NCBI GenBank assembly: GCA_026003075.1
Contig: BPGO01000006.1
Coordinates: forward strand, 7,928 to 71,927
Direction of reading: 5' to 3'
DNA: 64,000 nucleotides
Origin: Fimbriimonadales bacterium
GTDB lineage: Bacteria > Armatimonadota > Fimbriimonadia > Fimbriimonadales > GBS-DC
A program made the translations under genes and the position numbers. Below the pieces are notes generated by a model. That model was not told the origin of the DNA. It ran no database searches and saw nothing but the letters and a program-made list of their open reading frames with translations. Positions 18,803 to 28,772 of this stretch are shown here, in pieces. Numbering within the stretch: position 1 is the stretch's first letter; every line of letters starts with the position of its first letter.

Positions 18803-19668
18803 GAGGCTGTTTAGGAAGGTAGATAGGGTATAATCGCAATAGGAGCGTCCAACCTACCTACCAGTCTGACCCAACGCCCCAACAGGGGGCGATCATCGAA
18901 CCCGTCCTCAAACGCGCCCTCTACAAACGCAAACGCAAACCTATCGGCGCACCCCGACGATACAGCCTCTACGACCTGTATCGTGCGATGCTCTATGTGC
19001 TTGTCAACGGCATCCGTTGGCGCGACCTCCCCCGCGACCTGCCCCCGTGGCAAACCGTCTATTACCACTTTCGTCGTTGGCAAGCGTTGGGAGTGTTTGA
19101 ACAGGTACAGCACGCGCTGGTGGCAAGGTCGCGTCGGCGGGAGCGACGCGGACAGCCCAAGACGGTAGCGGTGGACAGTCAGAGTGTGCCGACCACGCAA
19201 AAAGGAGGGTGCGCGGGTACGACGGTGGCAAGAAAATCAAAGGGCGCAAACGGCACATAGTGGTGGACTCACTGGGGAACTTGTTAGGGGTGATGGTGTC
19301 GGGCGCCGATGTGTCGGATGCGCGTGGGGCGTATGGGGTTTTGGACGGGGTGTTGGGTCGGTATCGTTCGGTGCGGGTGGTGATAGCGGACGGAGCGTAC
19401 GATCGGGAGGGTTTGTTGGAGTGGTTGTTGGGGCAGTGGGAGGTGGGTTTGGATTGTGTGGGTCGTTCTGGGGGTAGTGGTTGTTGGGGTACGGCATGCC
19501 GTACCCGTACCGCGTCGTTGGTAGTTGTTGGGGTACGGCATGCCGTACCCGTACTTGTTTGTCTCGGTGTTGGGATATGTTATGCGAAGTGGAGGCGGCT
19601 TGGATCTGGTTGTTTGGGATACAGCGTTTGATGCGTTATCTTGCAAGCAATGGTTCCTAAACAGCCTC
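18803..19668 (+). mobile_element. IS5-family (IS427-group-like) insertion sequence, copy 1 (866 bp), with no intact transposase frame
   Basis: Terminal inverted repeats GAGGCTGTTTAGGAA / TTCCTAAACAGCCTC. OrfA-like frame: ...IIEPVLK...YVLVNGIRWRDLPRDLPPWQTVYYHFRRWQ...DSQSVPTTQKGG. The -1 frame continues RGYDGGKKIKGRKRHIVVDS...ADGAYD. The conserved C-terminal tail EVEAAWIWLFGIQRLMRYLA is in a third frame. There is no canonical start codon upstream of the OrfA homology. Confidence 0.8.
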
Positions 19669-19690
19669 TTATACCCCTAATATAAGGGGA

Positions 19691-20650
19691 TCAAGACTCG
19701 GCAAACAGTGAGGGGGTAGCATTCTGCAGGCGGCGCTGGGCAATCGCTACATACTCGGGGTTGATTTCTATCCCGATAAAGTGCCGCTTGAGTGAGCGGG
19801 CTGCCAGCGCCGTTGTACCGCTTCCCAGAAACGGATCTAAGACCACCGCGCCCTCAACGGTACTCAATTGGATCAGATATTCGCACAGCGCCAGCGGTTT
19901 TGCGGTAGGATGCTGGTTGAAACGACCACGCTCTTCTACGCTGGGCTTGGGGACGAGAAAGTATTTATCCAAGACGGCTTCCACCCCCTCAACCAACAGC
20001 ACATTCGCAGGGAACATATTCTGTCCGATGCGCACTTCTGTATTGAATAGACCCACCCCATGACGGAGGAAGTTCTCTAAAAAGGTGTCTTCGTAAGGTT
20101 TCTGCGCTATGATAATCGGTTCAAAGCATGATTTCACCTGAGGCGTTTTCCAGCCTGCAATGCGCTGTTTGAGCTCCGCTTTGGCAGACTCGCTGAGCTG
20201 CATTTTGTCTATGAAGTGATACAGAGTCATCGCTTTCGGCTGGTTTTGGGTGTAGAGCCACAGGAAACAGTCGCGGATATGAAATCCCGCATCTTCGATG
20301 GCTGTCGCCACGCGATGGTAGAGGCGCGGGCTGGCAAAAGAGAAGAAGAATCCGCCCGGCTTGAGCACACGGTACAGCTCACGGGAGACCTCCAAATACC
20401 ATTCGTACATGCGCCGTCCCTGTGAAGGATCGAATTTCATTCCCGGTGGCAGGTGAAACACTGCCTGGCTTTGGTAGTAGCGACGCGCAGCGCGTTCGGG
20501 CGTCCATTCGTTATCCAGCTTGTCCAAGAAGTAGGGAGGGTCCGTAAGCACGAGATCGACCGATTCTGCAGGCAATTGGGGAAGTACCTCCAGTGCATCG
20601 GCACATAGGATTTGGTTTAACCAGGCTTCGATTTCACTAGGTACTTTCAC
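19691..20650 (-). CDS. beta-class DNA methyltransferase (N6-adenine or N4-cytosine), DPPY type
   Basis: Motif IV LVLTDPPYF lies N-terminal and motif I VLDPFLGSGTT lies C-terminal, the beta-class order. The start overlaps the stop of the upstream nuclease gene by 14 nt. Confidence 0.85.
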   Translation of the reverse strand: MKVPSEIEAWLNQILCADALEVLPQLPAESVDLVLTDPPYFLDKLDNEWTPERAARRYYQSQAVFHLPPGMKFDPSQGRRMYEWYLEVSRELYRVLKPGGFFFSFASPRLYHRVATAIEDAGFHIRDCFLWLYTQNQPKAMTLYHFIDKMQLSESAKAELKQRIAGWKTPQVKSCFEPIIIAQKPYEDTFLENFLRHGVGLFNTEVRIGQNMFPANVLLVEGVEAVLDKYFLVPKPSVEERGRFNQHPTAKPLALCEYLIQLSTVEGAVVLDPFLGSGTTALAARSLKRHFIGIEINPEYVAIAQRRLQNATPSLFAES

Positions 20651-21414
20651 GCTTTTGCGCCTCCTGTTGCAGCCAGTGTTGCAAATAGCGGTACAGCAAT
20701 TCTACCTGCTGACGATCAAGATAGCCCTCACGTATAGATTTCTGAATGGGTTTCGGGTCAGCAACGCCTACTACGCGCCCGCGCTCATCGTATACCCAAT
20801 AGTTTCTGTCAGCACGATTGCAAAACTGACATTGCGGAATAAGGTTTCCGCCCGTCAAGGGCTGTTTAGGATTACGATGTGCCATTTGAAGCTCTGTGCG
20901 CACGCGAGGGTATCGCAAGTTCGGTTCCCCTTCCTTGGAACCACAAGTAGCGCAGCGGAATTTATACCGCTCTTTGATTGCTTCTAAGTCGGCATCACTC
21001 ACCAAACGCCTTCCCGTCACAAATGCAGGATGTGGCTCGCTTAAGGTCACCAATAGATAAGAACTTCGGTTTGGGGGGCTTATCCTTGGGAAGGTAGTTT
21101 CCGCGACGCGAAGAGACGATGTAGAAACCGCTTTGCATGCCCAAATGACGAGCAGATTGAACATCATTGATCTTTGGGTAGAAATTACGGATAAACTCAG
21201 TCAGTTCTGACTTGGATACCCAGCGAGTATTTGGGTATCCTTGTGCTAGGTAAGCTAAGGTCAGCGCGTCAACGGTGAACCGACCGCCTCGGTTGCGCAG
21301 GTTCGGTAAGCGCACACCTTGGGACCTGAGGTGTCTCTGATGCAGATCTTCCACTTGATGGTATATCTGTTCAATCTCGTCAGCGCTCATCATAAGTAGT
21401 ATACCGATGCACAC
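20637..21414 (-). pseudogene. frameshifted putative restriction endonuclease with a Cys/His (HNH-like) C-terminal motif
   Basis: Two overlapping ORFs (20995-21414 and 20637-21167) read as one protein if the frame shifts in the G6/C6 run at 21073-21078. The C-terminal half carries CATCGS...HRNP...CQFCN. The gene is translationally linked to the methyltransferase. Probable start is the ATG at 21393. Confidence 0.6.
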
Positions 21415-21427
21415 GGCTTCATGAGTG

Positions 21428-24400
21428 CTACACCCCCACTAGCTCCTCTTGGAGGTAGCGTTCGCGTTGCTCTTGCGGTAGGGTGCGCCAGATGAGGAAC
21501 TGTTTGCGTAGGATGTTCAGGAAGCGGCGGTTCACACGCTTCCAGTTGGCGATGTCCCCACTGAGGCGGGTCAGTTCCAACTGAATATCGTACACGCCCA
21601 CATACTCGGTGGGGAGCAGGTCGATGCGCACATGCTGGCTGACACCTAAGTCGAAGGGGGCAATCCATGCGTCGCACTCGATGCGATAGGCGACGCCATG
21701 CTCGGTTTCGTACGCGGCGGTGCGCACCTCTTGGGTAATGAACTCGCCCACGGAATGCTCTTCGTAGGCGCGGAACCACTCGGCGATGAAGCCCGATAGC
21801 CCACGCGCCTGCACGCTCGTCACCGAGAACGGCAACGGGATACGCCACAGGTCGCCCTCCGGTTCGGGCAGCTTCCAGGTACGCTCTTCGGCGGGGGTAG
21901 CGACTTCCGACGCCTTCCGCGCAGGGTAGATTGTAGAGAGCAGAACCACCGCCACGACCACCACCGTCGAGAAGACCGCCGACATCGAGGAGAAGTTGAG
22001 ATAGAGCTGCGGGAACCATCCCGTAATCACTATCACCTTCGCTACGAGCTGCGCCACGAAATAGCCTGCCACCGAGCCAAGCACTGCATACACCAGCGAC
22101 TCCGCGAAGAAGAGCATCGCTACATGGTTGGGGGCAAGCCCGATTGCGCTGAAGATGCCGATTTCACGCACGCGCTCGTAGACCGAGCCGAGCATCGTGT
22201 TCAGCACAATCAGCGCGGCGATGATGATTGGCAGAATCACATATTCCAGTCCTTGCCCGCTGGCGGCTTGGATGGTGCTGTAGCGCACCGTGCGGTCGCC
22301 CAGCCCTGCGTAGAGGTTCAGCCCCAAGCGCGGCATCAGTTCGCCCTTGAGAATGCGGTAGGCTTCCTCGCGCGAGGCGAACTCCAGCGCGAGCGAGTAG
22401 ATGTTGCCGCCCAGAGTTAATCACCGTCTCGTAGGGCATAATCACGATGCTGTCGGGTTCGAGGTGGACATATTCGCGGAAGCCGCCCTGCCCGCCTTGA
22501 CGCCCTTGCGATTGCAGTCGCTGCATCAGGATGAAGTCCACTGGGGTGAGCGGTTCGGTATCCAGGTCGGTGATTTGCTTGAACTGTGCGTTGTCCCAGA
22601 TGCCGACGACGGTGTAATCCACGCCGGCGAACTGCACGCGGGCGCGTCCGACCTCTTCGGGGCGGATGCCGAGCGCATCGGCGGCGTTGCGGGGTAGGAG
22701 AATCGCCTCACGCTCGCCGGGTCGGAGCCACCTGCCTGCGATAAGGGCTTCTTGGGGTCGTGTGACCTTCGCCTCGTCAGGGGTCATGCCGACGATGGCG
22801 CGTGCGCTGTAGCGTCGGTCGGCGCGTTGGAGCGTGATGAACGCCTGCTCGCCGATTTGCGTGCCGAAAAACCATGCCCGCGGCGCCACCGCTCGCTCGC
22901 GTCCAAACTCGTCGTACATCAGCCGATATGCCGACTCGCGCAGGGGCTGCCAGTCCACCGTGCGCATCATGATGCCGTTGTAGCGCGGCTTGCCGGGCGC
23001 AGGCGCCTCGTTGAAGCGCAACACATTAACAATTGAAGTGAACGACAGCACGATGAAAGTCACCAACACCAGCGAGAGGCTGGTCAGGAAGGTGCGCAGC
23101 GGGCGTCGGCGCATGTTGGACACGCCGAGACTAAACGCCGCCGCCGCCACGCTCATCCGTCCCACATCGGCAGTGTGTGTGCCAATCACCTGTTTCTGAA
23201 TGCGCTTGAGCTGCTCCTCGAACTTACCCATGATGAACACGCCCACAATCACCGAAAGCGCACCCATCGTGAACGCGATGAACACAATCACAGGGTTGCC
23301 TGTGATGTCAAAGGCGGGGTGGATGTAGCGGAACAGCAGGAACACCACCACGAAAATCAGCGAAGCGTACACCAGCTGGCTCTTGAGGTTCGGCGCGCCG
23401 AAGAGCAAGCGCTCCATAAAGTAGGCGAACGGCATCAACAGCGCAAGGTAGAAAATCACCCCGTTGACCACATCGTTGGCGGTGGCTTTCACATCGGGGT
23501 AGGCACGCGCGGAGTAGCCCCACGACATCCGCGCGTACACATCCAGTGCGGCGTAGTCGCGTTCCTGCAGCGCTTTCTGGGCTTTCTCCAGCGCGGCTTT
23601 GGCGAGCGCGTGCAACTCGTTGACGCCGGGGTTCACGATGCGGTGCTTCGCCAGCGTGCGGATACGGTAGTCGTTGAGGGTGTACATATCTTCGGCGACA
23701 CGCAGGGCAGTGTAGGCGATGGACGCCCCCCCGCGCAATCAGGTCGCGCTTGGTGAGCGTCTTGGGATCGAAGGTAGGCACGGTGAATCCCTGCGCTTCA
23801 CGCGGGTCGCCCCCCACAAGGTAGCCCTTGCCTTCGGGGTTATCGGGCGTGCTGTTGAGCAAGAGCAGACGGTCAGCCCCCGGTCCGACGCCCATCTTAA
23901 TCTTGAGACGTGCCCCCGGCTGCGAAAAGATAATCGCCACATCCTCCACATAGCTCGAGAGCGGCACATCTTTGGGCGTGGTAATCATGCCGTACATCCG
24001 CGGCGTGGCGTTCGTGTCGCCATCGTAGAGTTCCAGCGTGGTCAGGGGTGCGAGCGTCTGGGGGTCAATCAGGTCATAAATCGCGGTCGCTACGCAGCGG
24101 AACACGATAATCGGCGTCTCCTTCTCGCCGACGGTCATCAGGATGTTAATCGGGTAGTTCTGTGCGCCTTGAATCCCTTGGTCAGGAGCGAACTCAATCG
24201 CGCCCGTGTCGGGGTTGAGTTTGTAGGCGTTGATTTCGAACTCGCGGCGGAAGTTGTAGGCGGTAATCGGTGGGATGCCGACGAAGTTGAAATACGCCTG
24301 CTCGCGCGGCACGGGACTGCTGTCATCCACAATCTGGAACATATTGCCCCGCACGCCCATCATGGTCTTCATCCAGTGGCGCACCACCACAATCGAGCCG

Positions 24401-26018
24401 TTCACAGGGGTGTTCGGGTAGAAACTGCGGTTCGGGTCGAACAGGTACACATTGCCATAGAGCCTGCCGAAGCCTCCCTTGCAGGCGGATGCGTAGCCAT
24501 TCCGACGGCTTCTCAATCGGGAAGCGCAGCGCGAAGTCGCCCCGCTGGTTCGGGTCGTTGAACACATGGTCGAGCTGGCACGCGATTGTGCGCGTCTGCA
24601 TCGCAAGGTTGGCGATGTTGCAGTTTTCGAAGGCGTCGAACGGCGTATCGACCAGCGGGCGCGAGTCTTCGATCGTAGCGAAAGTGACGCCCCATGCGCC
24701 TGCGAGGGTGGCGGCTTCGGCGTCGAAGGCGGGTTTGCCCGGGATGTAGGTTCGCCAATACCGCCCTTGCACGGCGTTGATGCCGTCCGCGAAGATTTTG
24801 TCGGGCGTGGTCGCCCAGCACGGGGGCGATGCGCTCGGCGTGTTCCCGCATCACGCGCCCGATGTCGGTGAAGTAGCGCTGGATGTCCTCGCGCATATCG
24901 TAGAACCAGCCCTTGTAGAACACGCCGACTCCAGTGGAGCGCGTCGCGAGGTCCAGCCCGACGAACAGGTAGATGTCCTGTTTGGCGTGCCGGGCGTCCT
25001 GCCGACGCGTTCGAACACATTCGGGCGGCTCCAGTCGGGCAGGCGTTTTTCGATGAACTGGCGCACGCCTTCTAACGCTTGGAAGTGCCCGCTGAGCGCG
25101 ACGAACATCACGCTGCGCTTCGGGCGGATACTGCTTGAACAGGCGGGCCAGTTCCAGCAGCGCGGCGATGCCTGCGGCGTTCTCCGCGCCCGGCGCCAGG
25201 CTCGGCACGATGGAGATGGAGTCGTAGTACGCCGTGACGACGATCCACTGCTTGCTCAGTTCGGGGTCGCTGCCTGGAAAGACGCCGATGATGTTGTAGC
25301 CTTCCCGTTTGCGCCACGGCATGCGGGCTTTCACACGGGCTCGCAGGTCGGGCTGCGTTTCTGCGAGGGCGATCAGCCGCGCAGCGTGTTGGCGTGGGAG
25401 CCAGAATCGAGGCACATCCAGCGGGATGCCGATGAATTTGGCTTCCGCCTCGCCGCGTTGAGTGGTTTCTGGCTCTATAAACACAATTGCTTTCGCTCCC
25501 AAGCGCGCCGCGTTGAGCCAGTTCGTGCCGCAGTTGAAGTCCATCAGCACGATACTGCCTTCGACGGGCTTTCCGCGGAAGCGTTGGAGTTGCCCGTCGC
25601 CGACATAGATTAGGTTGCCCTGCACGCCGTCGGGGGGCAGGTGCGAAGTGCGCACTTGGTTGGGGTAGAGGGAGTATATTGGCGCCCGAAGCGGCGATGG
25701 ACTCCCAACTAACTCCAAGCTCGCTCCCTCGTCTACGGGCACGGTGATGGGGAACGCCTCGCGTTGCACATTTTGCAGCCCGATGGCGCGGAACTGCTGT
25801 TCGATATAGTCGGCGGCGCGGTCGGCGCCGGGGTAGCCCGCCACACGCGAGCCTTGCGACGCCATCCAGCGCACGGTTTCGGCAAGGCGCGTTTCGGAAA
25901 TCGCGCGTGTGAGCGTCCGATACCGCGCCTGAACCTTCTCCACATCTAACTTCTGCTGCCCGAACGCGAGGGCACACCACACGAACAACAGCACGAACCC
26001 AGCAACGCGAGTGGTCAT
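21428..26018 (-). pseudogene. about 1,530-codon gene for a signal peptide + PA/M28 peptidase-like domain + central domain + MacB/FtsX-type permease, interrupted by at least 6 frameshifts
   Basis: Homology-consistent sequence hops between ORFs 24513-26018, 24851-25111, 24323-24772, 23308-25020, 22164-23738 and 21428-22336. M28 motif PGAENAAGIAALLELAR. FtsX features: MRRRPLRTFLTSLSLVLVTFIV and ...LNTMLGSVYERVREIGIFSAIGL.... Frame changes fall near 25112-25128, 24975-25010, 24805-24830, 24495-24510, 23726-23732 (a C7 run) and 22405-22420. Confidence 0.7.
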
Positions 26019-26082
26019 CGCTGGGTGGGATTCGTCAAAAATGGCGGAGTTCCTGCAGGACGACTTCTCATGCGCACCGCTC

Positions 26083-26760
26083 TCATTGAGTCGCTGGTTG
26101 AAGCCTTCGGATTTCCGCTTCGATCTCGGCTAATACTTCAGGATTCGCAATTTCTTTACTATTGTTTTTTTTCACTGAAAAAATGATAAACACCTTCCCT
26201 CCTTGCTCTTCCTCAAACCGTTTATGACTTTCTTGCATCCACTGTCGCCACTTATGAGGCTCAGGAGTCTGCTCGTAGGTTGTAGGTTTTATCTGGATAC
26301 CAATACTTGCTTCGCCAACACGAATGTAGAAATCCACATTATATTTTCGATCCCACTCATCTGGTGCAGGCTCCAGTCTGACCTTCAATAGCCTTTCCAG
26401 TTGACCATATACAGTTTGTTTTTCTGTGAGATAGCCGTCGAAGGTTCTTCGAAGAACGACATCGAACACATACTGAATACAGTCTTCTTCCTCTATCGAA
26501 CTCACTTCCGCATGCAGTTGTTCGGAGATTTTAACATAGAGGCGTCGCCCCACTTCTATAAGGTGTTCTTCCATCGTTTCTCCGAATGGTTCACCCTCTG
26601 GCTTTACTTGGGAAAAGTAATAAGCTATCCAATCGTCAAGTGTTTTTGGAGCGCAGGCGCGAATTGCTTCCGAAAGTTTACCCACATATCGGGGGCGATT
26701 GAATTGCCAACGATTAAACGCCAGATTCAGAACCCATTCCTTACTTTGCTTATTTGGCAT
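26083..26760 (-). CDS. MjaI-like type II restriction endonuclease (family assigned from memory of RE_MjaI; CTAG-type)
   Basis: 225 aa from MPNKQSKEW. PD-(D/E)xK-like block ...DEWDRKYNVDFYI...IGIQIKP. Overlaps the stop of the upstream SPPY methyltransferase by 11 nt. About 40-45% GC against ~60% for its neighbours. Confidence 0.6.
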   Translation of the reverse strand: MPNKQSKEWVLNLAFNRWQFNRPRYVGKLSEAIRACAPKTLDDWIAYYFSQVKPEGEPFGETMEEHLIEVGRRLYVKISEQLHAEVSSIEEEDCIQYVFDVVLRRTFDGYLTEKQTVYGQLERLLKVRLEPAPDEWDRKYNVDFYIRVGEASIGIQIKPTTYEQTPEPHKWRQWMQESHKRFEEEQGGKVFIIFSVKKNNSKEIANPEVLAEIEAEIRRLQPATQ

Positions 26761-28015
26761 TGTGCACCTCCTGCTCCGCCTGTAAGAAGCGTTGAGCGTA
26801 TCGGTGTTTCTGGGAGCGCGACGCCCGTGCGATGCCCATCTCAATCATCTTGCGGTTGATGAACAGGCGGTTCGTCAGATAAACATACGCAGGCAGGGGC
26901 GCGCCTTCGGATTCAGGTGGGACATCAAAGCGTAATATCACACGCTTGCCCACCACATACTGCTGCAGATACGCCCGCGCCTGCTCGCGCTGCTCAGGGG
27001 GCACTTCAATCCCCAGCAAAGCAAGCCGCAAGCCACTGTCGGCAACCAGCAGTGGCGTCGGGAGGCTGTCCTCATCGCACAGGCGCGTGATACGATAGGT
27101 CGCGTCCGGCTCGAAATTGAGTTGCTTCGGCTCCACCAGTGGGCGGGCGTCCTTGACGCTGGGCGTGTAGTCGGCAGGCAGCTCTACAGGAGAGTACGGC
27201 TCAGTACGCTGCCGAATCTGCAACGCGCCCTGAGTGAGCAAGTCAGAAGCGACTTTCTGGCGAATAATCGGTACAAAGTCGGGCTGAACCTCGTAGCCGA
27301 CGGCGTTGCGCTCCAGCTCCAGAGCGACCTTGAGCGTTGTGCCACTGCCCGCAAACGGATCCAACACCGTCTCGCCCACGAACGAGAACATCCGTATCAG
27401 GCGGCGGGGCAACTCTTCGGGGAACATCGCTTCGTGCAACGCCTGCCGCTCGCCCCCAAAATGCCAGTGCCCGCTGAAGTAGGTCTTCCACTCGTCGCGC
27501 GTGAGGACGGAGGCTTCACGAGCCGACTCCGACACAGGCAAGGACTTGCCAGGTTTACGAAACAGCAAGATGTACTCGTAGTCCAGCTCCACGATGCCGT
27601 TTGGCGGATACGGAAACGACCCCATGACCACAGCCCCACCCGAAGGGCGCATCGTTGTTTTCTTCTGCCAGATAATCGCCCCAAGGTAGTCGAAGCCAAT
27701 CTGCTCGCACTGAGCGATGATTTCGGCATGGAGTGGAATAACCTTGTATTGCCCGTAGATAACCGCCCGCGCAAACTGGTCGCCGATGTTGATGCAGAGC
27801 CGTCTGCCCGCTTGCAACACGCGCCAGCATTCCCGCCATACGCGCGCTAAGTCGTACAGGTATTCGTGGAGCGACTGCCCGTAGCCGATTTGGTTCGAGG
27901 CTCCGTAGTCCTTGAGGTGCCAATACGGGGGCGAGGTGACAATCAGCGCGATACTTTCGTCGCGGAGCTCGCCCATCGAGCGACTGTCGGCGATGTAGAG
28001 CGTCGCCTGTGCCAT
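26750..28015 (-). CDS. N4-cytosine-type DNA methyltransferase (SPPY) with a C-terminal staphylococcal-nuclease-like (SNase/OB) domain
   Basis: Motif IV IVTSPPYW and motif I VLDPFAGSGTT (beta-class order). The C-terminal ~130 aa (LRLALLGIEVPPEQ...ARAYLQQYVVGKRVILRFD...LPAYVYL...INRKMIEMGIA) follow the thermonuclease fold pattern, but the GIDAPE-type catalytic positions are altered. Confidence 0.8.
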   Translation of the reverse strand: MAQATLYIADSRSMGELRDESIALIVTSPPYWHLKDYGASNQIGYGQSLHEYLYDLARVWRECWRVLQAGRRLCINIGDQFARAVIYGQYKVIPLHAEIIAQCEQIGFDYLGAIIWQKKTTMRPSGGAVVMGSFPYPPNGIVELDYEYILLFRKPGKSLPVSESAREASVLTRDEWKTYFSGHWHFGGERQALHEAMFPEELPRRLIRMFSFVGETVLDPFAGSGTTLKVALELERNAVGYEVQPDFVPIIRQKVASDLLTQGALQIRQRTEPYSPVELPADYTPSVKDARPLVEPKQLNFEPDATYRITRLCDEDSLPTPLLVADSGLRLALLGIEVPPEQREQARAYLQQYVVGKRVILRFDVPPESEGAPLPAYVYLTNRLFINRKMIEMGIARASRSQKHRYAQRFLQAEQEVHNAK

Positions 28016-28121
28016 CGGGGAAAATATACCCCAATACGCATCTTAGGCGTCTCCAGTGAGGCGCGACGACACCTACCCTACATAGCAGGAACCGCTCCCT
28101 AAGCGTCTAAACAATTAGAAG

Positions 28122-28439
28122 GTGATCACCGTGCGACGGGTAGGAATCCTCTGGGTGAGTTGGCTCCTCTGGCAGCTAGCCGCTGGCAATGATGCACATT
28201 TGCAGCAATTGGTCTCTGTTCAAAAGCCTGCTCAAACGGTCAGCGCGTTGTTTCAAGAGCTCACGCGCCAAACAGGGGTACCCCTCTTTCCCGCCCCGCC
28301 GTTGGATAAGGAGCTGCTCATCGTGAAGGCGCAGCAGATATCGCTTCGCTTGCTAATGGATGCCTCGTGGAGCGAGCTGCCAGCGGAGGTGCGCAGGCAG
28401 TTGATGCGCTTGATGCCCAGGTCGCCGTCCGATCTATAG
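28122..28439 (+). CDS. hypothetical small secreted protein
   Basis: 105-aa ORF with a GTG start and a hydrophobic N-terminus. I recognise no motif. Its 3' end overlaps glnB convergently. Confidence 0.3.
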   Translation: MITVRRVGILWVSWLLWQLAAGNDAHLQQLVSVQKPAQTVSALFQELTRQTGVPLFPAPPLDKELLIVKAQQISLRLLMDASWSELPAEVRRQLMRLMPRSPSDL

Positions 28440-28772
28440 CGCGGCTTCGCCACGCTCGCCTGTGCGGATGCGGATGACCTCTTCCACCTCACTGATGAAG
28501 ATCTTTCCGTCGCCGATTTCGCCTGTTTGCGCCGCTTCGATGATCACGCTCACTATCTCGTCCACGCGCTCGTCGGGCGCGACGATTTCCAACTTAATCT
28601 TGGGCAGGAGGTTTGTGGTGTAGGTACTGCCGCGATATTTTTCGGTGTGTCCTTGTTGACGCCCGAATCCGCGCACATCGGTAATCGTCATTCCGTAGAC
28701 GCCGATGTCGTTCAGTGCCTCTTTGACCGCCTCGAATCGGATGGGTCGGATGATTGCCTCGATGCGTTTCAT
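28434..28772 (-). CDS. glnB: nitrogen regulatory protein P-II
   Basis: 112 aa. [51 protein letters not shown] includes the T-loop Tyr. The start overlaps the stop of the upstream gene as ATGA. Confidence 0.93.
   Translation of the reverse strand: MKRIEAIIRPIRFEAVKEALNDIGVYGMTITDVRGFGRQQGHTEKYRGSTYTTNLLPKIKLEIVAPDERVDEIVSVIIEAAQTGEIGDGKIFISEVEEVIRIRTGERGEAAL

Noticed and set aside
19237-19646. Pro/Thr-rich minus-strand ORFs inside the IS copies (also 32897-33525 and 39413-40041).
   Set aside because: They are shadow frames of the G/T-rich transposase remnant and have no start-site support. The same artefact appears in every copy.
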